From: Vicugna vicugna | Taxonomy: Eukaryota | Length of the DNA: 64,000 nucleotides | Reading direction: 5' to 3' | Assembly: GCA_013265495.1 (NCBI GenBank) | Contig: MU058134.1 | Span: 62,001 to 126,000, forward strand | Shown: positions 28,621 to 41,450 of the stretch, in pieces | How the letters are laid out: each line of letters opens with the position of its first letter | Numbering within the stretch: the stretch's first letter is position 1 | Made by a program: the position numbers and the translations under genes | The notes under the pieces: model-generated | Databases searched by the model: none | What the model was told of the DNA's origin: nothing | Seen by the model: only the letters and a program-made list of their open reading frames with translations

Positions 28621-29204
28621 TTCAACAGCCCCAAACCCAACCACCTTCCTACTCCCATTGACCCCAAGGTCATACAGACGCAAAAGCAGAATGGGATCAG
28701 CATCCTTGCCAGCTTTCTTCATGCATGTTCACAAACTGAAATATCATAACCTGATCCTTTTTCATCTAAACTCGATACAGTTAAATCTCTGCTTAACAGC
28801 CAACCTTAAAGTACATCTATAAGCCCTTCTTCAAAACTTTCAGAATTAAGAAACCCCACCCTCTTTGCGTGTCTACAAAATTTTGTTAAGTCTATTAGAG
28901 TATTCATTTTAGTCTGAAAGAACAAGTACAGTATTAATTAAAGCACATGATCTTACAGTCCAGGAATCCCTAAGGTGTCAGCTCCTCTGAAGGTTGATCA
29001 GGGTCTGCCTTTTTTGCAGCTTTGCACCTCCAGTGCCCAAGTCAGAGCCAACAATAGCTCTGCAAATGTCAGCCTACTTGGCGGAAAGCCAAACTGGAAA
29101 CATTTTTCCAGAAAAAAAAATTAAGTCACATGGCATTTATATTTTTCATAGATAAACATTTTGAAAGAAAATGTTTCCACTTATCAAAAAGGTTATATAG
29201 TTTT

Positions 29205-29302
29205 GTTTGTTTTTTTAATGGATGTTTTTTACTGGGGATTGAACCCAGGACCTTGTACATGCTAAGCATGTGCTCTACCACTGAACTGATCCCATCCCCC
29301 TG
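29205..29302 (-). mobile_element. tRNA-derived SINE (camelid vic-1 type)
   Basis: Reverse complement of the A/B-box head; TSD ggttatatagtttt at 29191-29204 and 29307-29320. Confidence 0.9.
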
Positions 29303-31813
29303 AAATGGTTATATAGTTTTAACTTGACCCTTCATACAATATTTCAATGTTCCAGGGCTCTTCACATTTGTAATCAGCACCCCCAGACCACTCTGATACG
29401 ACCAACTTCAGTAAGTACTAAACATGTAAGACATACTGATCTTGAGCCCCCAAAACAAACATCCCCTCGCTACCATCTGCTCCCTCTGTCTGCTTGGTCT
29501 AGCTCTACTCTTGTTCTCTCATTCTCTCCCTCTCTCTTCTTTTCTTCCCTCTCTCTCTCTCTCCCAGCTACACACACACACACACACCCTTCAGGAAAAT
29601 CATGGTGTTTTGGACTTAACCCTCTTTCATTTGGTTCAGTATTGTCTCAACATCCAGTGCTCTTTTATCAATAAATCAATTTCAGTAAACAAGTTTGGAC
29701 AATAGTTCCCTTCTGATGACTCCTTTTGCCATTAGAAGAAGTACCAGCCAAATCCTATATTGTGAGCGAAAACTCCACAGCTGTACAGGAGTACCCCTGT
29801 TCTCCCCCTCCTGAGGATATTAGGTTTGATTTCCATATTTGATGGAATTCAGCATCGTGGGGCATGCAGAAGTACTTGGGTCTCCTACCTGGAAAACATC
29901 TTCTTTTTCTAGTTAGAAAGGCTCTCTAATCAGGACTGCACTGGTCTAGGTATAGTCTCCGTGATGAGATGACACCATTCCTTTAGCACGGGTTAAGCTA
30001 GCTACATATATTACAATATTTGCATGCATTTCATCAGACTCATATGATAAAAGGTTCTTCACCACTGAAATCTCTCCCTTGTTTAACTAGCAACCACCAC
30101 TTGTATGAACAGAGATAAAAAGAAGGATAAGCAGACAAAGAAGATAATTTAAAGAAACACAGATCCCACTTAATCCCAGGATGTTTTATTCCATTCTTGG
30201 GTCCCAGTTGAGCATCATGAAAGTCTACTGAAGGGCCAGACACTCTACAGAGAATACGTATCCCCCACGCAGCACTTAAACAATTAGACAGAACCACCCT
30301 GGTCACTCAAAAGCCTTTCCTCCTCAAAGATGACATTCATTTTAGTATTCACATCTCATGTGGAAGTTAACTCTGCTGCTCGGACTGTAGAATGATTTCT
30401 GTTTTGTAATTCTAACGTGGCATTACTCTTGGGCATTAGTGACACGGTGTAAAATGGTAACATTTACAGGGTACTTAGCAGTGATGCCAGTAAATCAAGA
30501 AGACGTTTCAGTAACACTTAGGTTTTAAACTTCTGCCTCACTCACCCTCTGTCCTAGCCATTAGTGATGTATAATTGAAATCTTAATTCTCACTGACTTG
30601 GGCAGAGTCCAGCCTCTTCAGGAAACAATAATGCTATCTGACACGCATGACCTTTATGATTAAAATAACTTGTCACTTTTAGAAAATGCCCCTTCCATAT
30701 CTCATTAACAGCTTCACAACCTCCAATCTTCAAAAAAAACAAAACAAAACAAAAAAACCAAAAAGACATGTATTTCAGGAGATGCCCAGAAAATTTGTTT
30801 TACTCTTGGAGGTATTACTGGAATAACAAAGTATTTATCTATGTTATTATCAGCAATAAGCATCTGGTTTCTATTATAAAACATATAAAAAAACTTCAGA
30901 ACAATTATCAAAGCATCTCCAAGGATACAAAAAGTCCATAGGAACATCAAGTTCAAAAATACTTCCAATTTATTAAGAGCTCTCTGAATATGCAAATGCC
31001 CACAAAACTAATTAGACCAATCACTGTCTAATACCTGTATCATAGTGTTGACTAACAATTCTGTAGATAGTTGCAAGAGATAATTGGATGACATTTAATT
31101 TACAGAGAAAGAGAGAAAAAAAACATAAACACAAACAAGAGCAAATCCTCTGCTCAGGTTTCATTGTCATGTCCCCATTACCCATTGTAACCAGCGTGAG
31201 CTCAAAAGCGTTTTACCGAGATGCAGAGAATGAAAACCACGTTCTATACAACATTTCTTTGAATTAACTGAACTTTCCAAAGGCATGGGACAATGAGGAA
31301 CATAACTTGACCCAGGGCACAGATGAAGGACAAAACAATGTGGTACAATGGGGTTTTATCTCTTAACAGTATTTGTACTCAGTTCTAGCCAGACAAGCCA
31401 TCCTTCTTAGAAATCAATGAAATAGCTAAAGAGAATTCTCTGGAATTTGGGATGACATAAATTACTGCATTTACAGATGATTTGGGCTCTGATATCATTT
31501 AGTATCTAAAAGAACTAAAGATTTTCAGATGCTTCAGAATACTGGTGAAGCCCAAGAGGTCTTAAAGATTTTCCTGTAGAACAGGAGATAATTTAAGTCA
31601 GAAATACACTGTTTGTGCACACGTCTGTTCACCCATACCCCATACATACTACCTCGAAAGACTGGAGTTCAATAATTTGATGATAAAAAAGTCATCACCT
31701 CACCAGAACTTACAAGACCTATTTTAAAATGATAGCTTTTAAAACAAGGTTTTAAATTTGCATCAAAAATAATATTTTTAAATACAGAAGCATTTCTGAA
31801 AGTTTGGCATTAC

Positions 31814-31845
31814 CTGGCATAAATCAGAATTGATGTTGAATCCTT
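31814..31845 (-). other. Candidate 32-nt internal exon (NAGNAG acceptor)
   Basis: Minus strand: ~37-nt pyrimidine tract then aAG|aAGgattcaacatcaattctgatttatgccag|GTAATG, in non-repetitive DNA. Confidence 0.55.
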
Positions 31846-33934
31846 CTTTAAAAAAAGAGAGAGAGATAAAGAATATAAAAGAACTTCTCATACAGTAATA
31901 CTGGGCAACAGTCACAAATATGATTGTTCAGAATTTACATTTGGAAGTGATAAATAATTACGTGTTTCATCTGAGTATATTTCCTAATGAAAGGGTTCAG
32001 TCCATACTTAAACCCTTGCTAAAGTGCAATGATTCACCATACCTATAGGATAAAGTCCTAATCCGTTACCTACATATGCTTTGTGATAAAGTTTTAAAGA
32101 TAAAAATGTGTCATCTTTGACTGAGAAGACAGTCAGTCCAAAGCTATTTAACTATGAAGCTAATTGGCCAGATAAATATTAAACTTTTGAACTTATTGAC
32201 AAATGACTCTGCCCTGTAGAAGTCAGTCATTCAGTTGAGAACAAGCCTTACTAATGTAAATGGGCATGTGTAATATATGTGTGAGTTTCTTTACTCATAC
32301 ACAGACACATGTGTACTTGAACTTTAGAAATTAAAAACCAAACAGAAAGAAAATAATGCATGTTACTTTTTGTTTGTTTTTAATTAAGTCATTCAATAAT
32401 GCATTTATTTTCTGGGAAACTATGATGAGATCAAGTATCCACACAGGTGGTTAGGACTAAGATTCACTGTTTTGATGCTTGAATTTGCATGGATAGCCTG
32501 TTAATAATTGTTAACAGTCTACACTCTATTTACATTTCGCCCCACAGTATGAAGTTTAATTGACAACTCTAAAGTGATTTAAAGCTGCAAATTCTAATGC
32601 CTTTACAGACTCATAATTCAAGAGGGAAAATGGTATACATACGAGTAATTCATTTAATTTCTACTTTAACTTTGAAAAACAAGCTCTTTGGAGTCTAGCA
32701 GGTTTCTGGGACTTTTCACTTTATTGATCTAAATATAATGTGAGAAAACTAACACAGTCCAGTTGCAATTCAACAAGTAAATTCAAGATCTTATTTGGTT
32801 TGCACACAACATAAACAAACAAAAAATGATTCCTACAAGTTAAGCTTTTTAACTAAATGTATAATGGAGATATAAGTAAAAGGAGGGGTCTTTTTTAATG
32901 GTAATACCAAAAAAAGGTAAATATTAGTGAAAAGTAGCATTTTATATTTTAAATTGATACACATATTTTTGTATTTGCTTATCATGCCATCTAGTATTGC
33001 ATTTTCTTCCTCAAAATACATGAGCTACACTCTGTAAAGGTTCCCTACAATATACTGTACATAGGTGAAACTTGAAGTTTTGTTCAAATAAATTCAAATA
33101 TAAATACATGCTTTCATCCAATGGGAGTTAAGATAAAAGGAAGACAAATGAATCAAGTGTTTGACAGAAATATGAACAATGCAATTTTTTCTATGCAAAG
33201 GATGTACATTCTGCATTTAGGAAAAAATATCTGCTAACCCATTGTTATTCCTGCACCAACTGCCCAAGGATGTCTGAAGTGCAAACATAACCAGGATAGT
33301 AGAAGACTCTCTAGCATTCATTAAATTTACTGTTAGAGAAAGGGCTTTGCATCAGATATAGGTAATTAGCAGGGAAGTTTGTCCTACTCGTTAGCATATC
33401 TTTTCTAAATGAGATATATCTCACAGTTTCACTACTGAGTTATAGTCTTCCTCTCAAGAAAGAGAATTGTTTGATTAAAATGCGACCCTTACATGCACAG
33501 TCCTTGTAAGCTTGAACTAGTTTTATCTCTCTTCAATTTTTAAATCACTAATGGAAAGCTGGCTGTTCTGGATTCAAGTAAACATTAATGTTCATGCTAA
33601 AACACATTTCTGAATGGTATATTAATACCCCAGGTCTGTATCTGTTTTTCAACTGTTCTAAGCTAGAAAAAGTCAGACCAAAATGGTCTGGTGTAGAGAG
33701 GAGAGGGAGCATCACTATTGTCCTTGCCCACTTTCTTATATATTCTTCTGAATCCTTGGATATTGAAATATACTGGTGATGACACTGAAATGATGGAAGG
33801 GGGAAAATTCACAATTTTTTATGCTTTGTATACTATGATTTTGAACTCATTCCTCTTGTGGAAAATTTTGCTTCTGATACAGTTGTGAAGCAAGGTAGTG
33901 CATCCTAATTCTTTGTCATTTGTGAACATGTGGC

Positions 33935-34303
33935 AATGGTGGTTAACTTTAGGCATTAACTGGAGGGTGTTTTTTGATGAGATTAACATTTAAATCAGTG
34001 AATTTGGGTAGCTTAGATGGTTTTTGATGATGAGGGTGGGCCTCACCTAATCACTTGAAGGCCTGAACAGCACAAAAACAATGGCTTCTCCAGCAAGAGG
34101 GAATCCTCCAGCAAACTGCCTGTGGACTATAACTGCACCACTGCCTATCCTGAGTCTCCAGCATGCCAGCCCACGTTGCCAATTTTGAACTCACTGGCTC
34201 CCACAATCACGTGAGCCAATTCCATATAGCGAATCTCTTTCTCTCTAGATACTTACACACCATCTTATCGGTTCTGTTTCTCTGGAGAAGCCTGACTAAT
34301 AAA
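33935..34303 (+). mobile_element. MLT2 (ERVL) LTR
   Basis: gatgagattaacatttaaatcagt, gtgggcctcacctaatcacttgaaggcctgaa, gtgagccaattcc, ttctgtttctctggagaagcctgactaat. Confidence 0.9.
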
Positions 34304-34600
34304 TGGTGCATGTACCAGTAACTTTCCTAGATATTTTTTCTAAAAAAGTACTTTTTAAATCCGTTATTAAGTTTTAGTGTTTCAGAATGCTCTCCTTGTA
34401 TATAAGAACATCTCATAGTCATTGTGTGATTCATTTATGCACTCTCATATCCAAGCGGAAATAACAAAATGCCATACTTTTTTTCACATTCAGATGAAAA
34501 AAGGAAAACATAAATTGAGTAGTGGATGTCCAGAGTCTTTCTATTCTTCTAAAAAATACATTATAATATTTCTTCAAAACCCAGTTTATTCATCACTTGT

Positions 34601-34799
34601 TGTAGGCCCCCATCTGAAGGCTCTAGAGAATAAGCCATGGGCTGAACTGATAAACAAGCTGTGAGGAATGTCATGTATCCATACTGGACACGTTAAGTAG
34701 GCCATCTCTTATCCAGCCTGGATACGTGACATTCCTCACAGCTTGTTTATCAGTTCAGCCCATGGCTTATTCTCTAGAACCTTCAGACGGGGGCCTACA
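34601..34799. repeat. Long near-perfect inverted repeat (81-bp arms, 37-nt spacer)
   Basis: 34601-34681 is the reverse complement of 34719-34799 with 3 substitutions and no indels. Confidence 0.97.
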
Positions 34800-34903
34800 T
34801 ATATGTACATATTATATGAATATATGAGTATATATGTGTGTATGTGAATAAGTATATATGTGTGTGTTTTGTGTATATATGGAGATGGAGGGAGAGAGAG
34901 AGA

Positions 34904-36203
34904 GAGCGATCCTCATATTCCCAGATTCCTTTTTGATTAGCTCCTTTGTTGTATAAAATGTGTTTGTAACCCCAAATCAGTGCTCTCTGTGCTTTCCCAG
35001 GGATTTGTGCATGTGTGCGGAGAAGCATTCACCTTCCCCAGCTGAGATCACATAAGGCAACACGCTGCCTTGCTGCCCCAGCTCTCACAGTGTAAACAAG
35101 TATCATTTTCACAGTATTTGGTGCCACATTTTCCACATCTGTGTTCTTTTTCTCGGTGACTTTACTGTAAAACTGCCCCCAAGTGCAGCACTGAAGTGCT
35201 GCACAGTGTTCTTAAGCATGAGAAGGCTGTGGTTTGCCTCATGGAGAGAATACACATTAGATAAGTTCTGTTCAGGCACGGGTAAGAGTGCTGCTGACTG
35301 AGAGTTCAGTATAAATGAATCAAGACTATATGCTAAACATTGGTGCAGCCATTATGGAAAACAGTATGAAGATTACTCAAAAAACAAAAAATAGGCTTAC
35401 CATGTGACCCAGCAATCCCCCTCCTGGGCATGTATCTGGAGGGAACTCTAATTCAAAAACATACCTGCACCCCAATGTTTACAGCAGCCCTATATACCAT
35501 AACCAAGACATAGAAGCAACCTAAATGTCCATCAATAGATGACTGTATAAAGAAGTTGTGTATTTATACAATAGAATGCTACACAGCCATAAAAGATAAT
35601 AAAATACTGCCATTTGCAGCCACATGGATGGATGTGAAGATTGTCATTCTAAGTGAAGTAAGCCAGAAAAAGAAAGAAAAATACCATATGATATCACTCA
35701 TATGTGGAATCTAAAAAAAAAAAAAAAGAAGCAGAAGGAAAAAGAGGACACTAATGAATTCATCTACAAAACAGAAAGAGACTTGCAGACATAGTAAACA
35801 ATCTTACAGTTACCGGGGGAAAGGAGGTGGGAATGGATAAACCTGGGAGTTTGCAAATTGCAAATGTTAACCACTATATATAAAAATAAATAAAAACCAC
35901 ATTTCTTCTGTATAGCACAGGGAACTATATTCATATCTTGTAATGACCTTTAAAGAAAAAGAATATGAAAACAAATATGTATATATATATGCATGACAGT
36001 GACATTATGCTGTACACCAGAAATTGACACATTGTAGCGGTCTATATTTCAATTTAAAAAATTAAACAAAAAGAATATATACTAAACAAAGTACATTTAA
36101 ACAGAAACACACATAAGACAATGTATTAATCAGTTGACAAAAATATTCAACTCTCATGAATTTGTCTCGTGAAAACTTAACTGTAAATAATGAGGATCAA
36201 CTA
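34904..36203. mobile_element. TcMar-Tigger DNA transposon fossil split by an L1
   Basis: Terminal repeats gatcctcatattc / aataatgaggatcaact; Tigger-like interior (ttgtaaccccaaatca, gcactgaagtgctg, agaaggctgtg) continues after 36088. Confidence 0.8.
35340..36070 (+). mobile_element. 5'-truncated LINE-1 with TSD
   Basis: ORF2 C-terminal and 3' UTR motifs plus A tail; TSD aagactatatgctaaaca (35322-35339) / aagaatatatactaaaca (36071-36088). Confidence 0.95.
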
Positions 36204-36752
36204 TATATAACAACATTTGTGTAAATTTAAAAAGAACTCAAAAATAATTTATAGGATAAGTGGATACAAATCAATCTAGGAATAATGTGAAAATTATTGG
36301 TTGGATACACAATGAATTAATGATACAGTTGCCTCTAATAAATGAAGAAAGCAAATGGGACTGGGATTAAGAAGAAACAAGTTAAATTTTAGTTGTATTT
36401 AGTGTTAAATGTAAAGTTGCTCTCATTTTACTTAAAAAAGATAGTAACCCACTAAAAAAATAAATAATGGTCAATTATCTCTGTTCCAAACTCTCGAGTT
36501 CAGATTCTCATTATGTTTTTTAGTTTTTGTCTTTTGGCCTGGGAAGAACACTTAAGTCTGCCTTAGAAATCATTTATTTCATAATATTTCATAATATTGA
36601 TCACGTTTAGTCTGATAGGAGCACGTTTCATCCTCACTGCACTTTCCACTCCGCCGACTCACGTCCTCTATCTGCAATACCCTGCCTAACCAAACACAAT
36701 GCGGTCTTCAAATCTTGGCACAGTCATCCCCTCCCCCACACTCTACCTTGGG

Positions 36753-38275
36753 TTTTCTTTGTTCTTTTTTTTGTTAAGTTTGTACTTTTTAAATAAGAAA
36801 ACCGATTCTTTAAAAAAAAAAATAGTGTCTTTACATGCCGAGGTGTATATAGATCCGCATGAGGTTTAGATTCGCAGGTTTTCCCCCAGATGAAAACTCA
36901 AAATGATGCAGTTCTCAAGATCCTGAGGTTGGGAGGCCACATGCAGGCTCTCCTGTCTGGCCGAGGCACACAGTGGACAGCAGGCTGGTGGGTCCTGGGG
37001 CAGGTGTCCTGGGCCAGGTCTCCATGACGCTCTGGGGGATGGCCGTGCCTCAGTCACTGTCTTCGTCCCCTTCACTGCCTCCAGACGGCTGAGGACCCTT
37101 GTGTCTGGGCCGGCCGCTGCGAGGGCAGTAGTGCTGAAGTTGTACAGGGGCAGGGTGCTCAGCCACTGGGCCGTAGACCGCTCGTGGCGCTCGGTGCTGC
37201 TGCTGATGGGGTAGATGTGCTGCTCCTTGAAGGCCGTGGCCTCCACCTCCTCCCGCGCCGGGTCCAGCGGTTTGTGCAGCCCGCGGCGGCGGAAGCGCCG
37301 GTTGTGCTTCTTAAAGTGCACGCGCTCCAGCACCAGGCCGAGCCCGGGCGCCGTGGGCACGTCCACCTTGGCCTTCCCCCAGCTGCGCTCCAGCTCGCTC
37401 TCCGGCGCGCAGCCCTCGACATCGGCCACCACCAGGCCCACCATCTTCCAGACCTGCTGTGTCAGGAAGCTCTGGCCCTTGAACTTGATCGCCACGAGCT
37501 CCATGCCCTCCCGCACGAAGGGCCCCTCGCAGAACATGTCCAGGATGTAGCGCCCTGCGCTAGGCTCCCGGGACCCCTTCCATGAGGTGAAGTTGTGGAA
37601 GCTGTGGGTGCCCTTGTAGCAGGCGCGGAAACGGTTCCCCCACCGTGGGGTGTCCGCGCTCAGCTGTTAGTCCTCATGATGCACATCGTGGTCCTTGTGC
37701 GCGAAGGCGAACGTGGGCAGCACGTAGAAGAAGGTCCTAATGTCGCTCTTGTTTGGAGTTGAAGCCGTCAGTGACCCTCTTCAGACCCAGTATCTGGATC
37801 TGAGACGGGAGGTGGTTGTTGATCTTGTCTAAGATGTTGCCGACCAGCCACGCCTTGAGGGACACGACCTGGCTGTCCGCAGACACCCCCTTGCCTTTCT
37901 GGGTGCAGTGCTGGAAGGACATCTTCCTCATGTCTTCCCCGTGATTCTCAGGAATACCGCCGGACCGGACCGGGGGGACCAGGTCATCCTCGATGGTCCT
38001 GAATTGCGAGGACCCAACACTCCTCTGCAGGCTGTGGCCCCCTTCCCGGAAGAGGCCACGAGCGGCACAGTGTTCTGCTCGGGCAGTTTGCGGGGCTGCT
38101 CCCCATCCTCGCTGCTCTTGAGCTGTTTTGCTGCTGCGCTGTTTCCTCCTGGATCCTGGCCGGGCCCTGTCAGCCGCTGCGGGCCTTCGTGTCCTGCACC
38201 TGTCTGGCCCCCTGGGCATCAGCGCCTCCCCGGTCCCTGCCATGGGGGTGGGGGGGCGGCAAGCAGAGGAGGCGT
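36753..38275 (-). pseudogene. PUS1: Processed pseudogene of pseudouridine synthase 1 (TruA family)
   Basis: Intronless match to PUS1 ([65 protein letters not shown]). ATG at 38243, ancestral stop at 37052-37050. Frameshifts near 38040, 37750 and 37085; in-frame TAA at 37669-37667; poly(A) remnant at 36753-36772. Confidence 0.96.
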
Positions 38276-39224
38276 TTCTTAATAGAAACCTCTATTTTAT
38301 TATTATTTTACATTCTTCAATCCAAGTTAACCAAACTGGGAAAAATCATTTCCCTGTATTACTATGAAGAAAAGCCCATTATAGTTCTTTTATGTCTTAC
38401 AAAGAATATAATACTCAGAATACATAAAGAGGCATCATTGGATAGGCAAAAAACAAGCAGAAAGCATGGCCTATTTATTCATCTAGCAGTTTTTGCATTT
38501 TCCACACATTGGTTTTGAGATGTAGTCAAAGGCCTTTTTAAAATGTATTTTGCACCCTAAAGAAGGTTACATATGTGATTTCTGTGTAGAAATGAATAGG
38601 AATATATAACTGATAGTAACCTGCCATTCATTTCATATAAACTTTCTTTATATATAAGAATTTTATACAATAAGATCCACTGAACACGAATAATGTCTCT
38701 CGTACTACACTGAACACTTTATGGGAGATCTAAAATGTATAAAGGCCTTAGTCCTCTCATCAAGTAGTTTACTGTTGGTTTATACAGATAAGTGAGAATT
38801 GTTAAAAATTATTAAAAAGCAAAATTCGGTGGTAAAGGAAGACAATAGTCTAGACCAGAACCCAGGAATCTTTATTAAAGGGAAATTTTTTGAGCCATGG
38901 GTAATATTCAGATTATTGTGAAGAAATACAGAGATAGGAATAGTGGTGGGGGTGGGTGGGAATTATATGAAACATGAAGGAAATACCCAGCTAGAAAAGA
39001 GGGTTATGATGAAATACATTGTAAATAATGCTGGATGGTTAAGTTTACTGTAAGTCTTGAAAATCTGTTGGAGGAACTTGGAGAACCAGAAAAGTGATGT
39101 GATAAATCAGCAAGTTCAATGTAGATTGCTTTTAAGAGGTTTGTGTATATATACACATAATATGAAATGGACCAAATGCAGGGATTTTGGAATTGGAACC
39201 ATTAGAGTGGAGAAGGATTCAGAC

Positions 39225-39414
39225 CAGTGCTTCTCAAAGTGCGGTCTCACAGCCAGCAGCTGCAGCATTGCTGGGGAGCCTGTTAGAAATGCAAATTCTT
39301 GGGGTTGTTTCCTGAAGTCCTCAACCAGACATTCTAGGATAGTGGGCCCCAGCCATTTGTGTTTAACAAGCCCTCCGGGTCATTCTGATGTTGCCCTAAA
39401 GCATAGAATGACTG
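39225..39414. mobile_element. MER5A hAT MITE
   Basis: cagtgcttctcaaagtg...gttagaaatgcaaattct...ttaacaagccctcc...actg; 8-bp TSD attcagac / attcagag. Confidence 0.92.
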
Positions 39415-41264
39415 ATTCAGAGGAAGTAATCAGATGAACTTACTAGAACAGAGGGGCCACTTACGGCAGTTAGGCTCTGGGCATTCTGTTAATACTCTTC
39501 CTGCTTCCCTGATCGACCACTAGAACATTCTTCACAATGGTTATTTTAAGTCTTGTCGTGTGTCCTCTCTCCATACTTCCAAACTATCCCTGTTTCTCTT
39601 TTCTCTTAAATGACTTCTTGAAAAATTAAGTAGGTGCCATCAGAGAGGAGTGTCTTCCAGTTCTTGCCTACACTTCTTTTATTCCTACCCACTCTTATTT
39701 TTTCTCCCTTGTATTATCTAAGCTAAGCCACACTCATCTCCACTGGCCCCCTCACCTCCAGGGACCTCTCTCACTTTATATGACATTTCTGTCATCTCAA
39801 ATCCCCCCACCTCTCAAACCACTCAGTGAAGAATCCTATTCTGACCACACTTTTCCTCCTCGCTTATTGTTTAACCGCGCCCTCCACAATAGCTCTTTTG
39901 TATCCCTGGCGGACTTCATTGTACTTGACTGCCAGTAAATTCTCCAGGAAGTTCCTCTCCAGAGAGGAATGCATACCAGGAGGCAAATTTTTCCACTAGC
40001 AAGGAAGAAACTGAAAAAAGTGGGCATTTTTTAATATATTAAGTCTGGATAATACCAGGGAAGGGGAATGAAGCGCCAGGAGGAACCTGAGCTCACGTTC
40101 CCATTCCCGAGGACCCTGAGGTGGTGGTGAGGAGAGGAGGAAGTACCATGGCTTGAGGGGCTGCAGGGAATGCAGTTCTTCCAACAATAACCAGCTCTCC
40201 ATTAAGGTGGAGAGAAGCCAAGAGAAGAGACTGGTTATGGTGGTCCAATCTAGGTCATGGCTTTCGAAGTGAGATAGAGTTAGGAAGAGTTGAGAGGAAG
40301 GAGGTAGTTAAACTAATACTCCCAACAGTGTGAAATGATACTATTAGTGTCTCCTGGAAAGTAAAAAACAAATAATAAGGTACAGAGATCAAGAGGTCAG
40401 AGGAAGTTAAATGTTTAGTGGCAGTTTTGTTATTGTCCAGTCATTCTGTCCTATAAACCAGTGGAACACCTTAGTTTCAAAATTACACTTTTCTTGCAGT
40501 GACACAATTCCCTAAAGAAAAGTTATCATGTGATTCAACAACAGGAACAAATACTTGAAATTAGGACTGTTTTGAAAAATCAGAGGCATGTGATTGCTGT
40601 AATTTTTTTTTCACACTACCCTACAGCAATCCTATTTATTTCACTTTCAGGATTGTGCATTAGAGATTCTGTGTTGAACTCATCTGAGTTTAATGTTTTC
40701 TAATGTGTAGTGTATGCGTCTTTTCAGTTCTCTTTATATATTTCTAAAAGTAGCATGCTTACCATTAGATTTTTTTATATCCAGGTTGTTATTCAATAAT
40801 AAATTCGTATATCTTCAGTCAGCCAAAAAGAAAATTGTACTGAAAGCTAAATGATTCCCAATTTCCTAAACAGAAATGTTACTATGAAGGGGAGAGGATG
40901 TGGAGAGGCTGGAGACAGGTTTTACCTTGAAGTTGCCATAAGAAATCTTTATCAAGAAGCTGTGTATACTTACATTAGTGTCAGGAGCCAATGTAGAAAA
41001 AAAAGTGATGGTTAATATAGTGATAAACATGCATTCTGGATCAGCTTGACCCATCAAAAACAATCTATTTTTTTAAAAATACAAAATACAGAACCATTTA
41101 AGGGAGTGTGATAGGAGTTTTCTCACTAAAGTAGCCCCTTAGTTAGAAATATCAGCGGTAATTTTCAAGAATAGGGCCTTTCTATTTTTGCTTACTGACC
41201 AGGTAGGTGATTTTCCTACTACAAGTGTTTCAGAAGGAGGAATTGGGTATAGAGAACTACTTGG

Positions 41265-41450
41265 GAATATACAATGGGGAAAAGACAGTCTCTTCAATAA
41301 GTGGTGCTGGGAAAACTGGACAGCTACCTGTAAAAGAACAAAATTAGAACATTCCCTAACACCATATATAAAAATAAACTAAAAAATGGATTAGAGACCT
41401 AAATATAAGACTGGAAGCCATAAAACTCCTGGAGGAAAGCATCGGCAGAA
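41265..41450 (+). mobile_element. Internal LINE-1 ORF2 fragment without a poly(A) tail
   Basis: Encodes [38 protein letters not shown], typical of L1 ORF2; ends abruptly at ggcagaa. Confidence 0.92.

Noticed and set aside
34601..34799. Hairpin as a known microRNA or a CRISPR-like structure
   Set aside because: No mature miRNA sequence recognised, stem much longer than a pre-miRNA, and no repeat-spacer array in this mammalian DNA
36866..38243. 223-aa and 168-aa ORFs as a functional PUS1 gene, plus the antisense GC-rich ORFs
   Set aside because: Intronless, frameshifted, internal stop and catalytic Asp missing; the antisense ORFs reflect high GC
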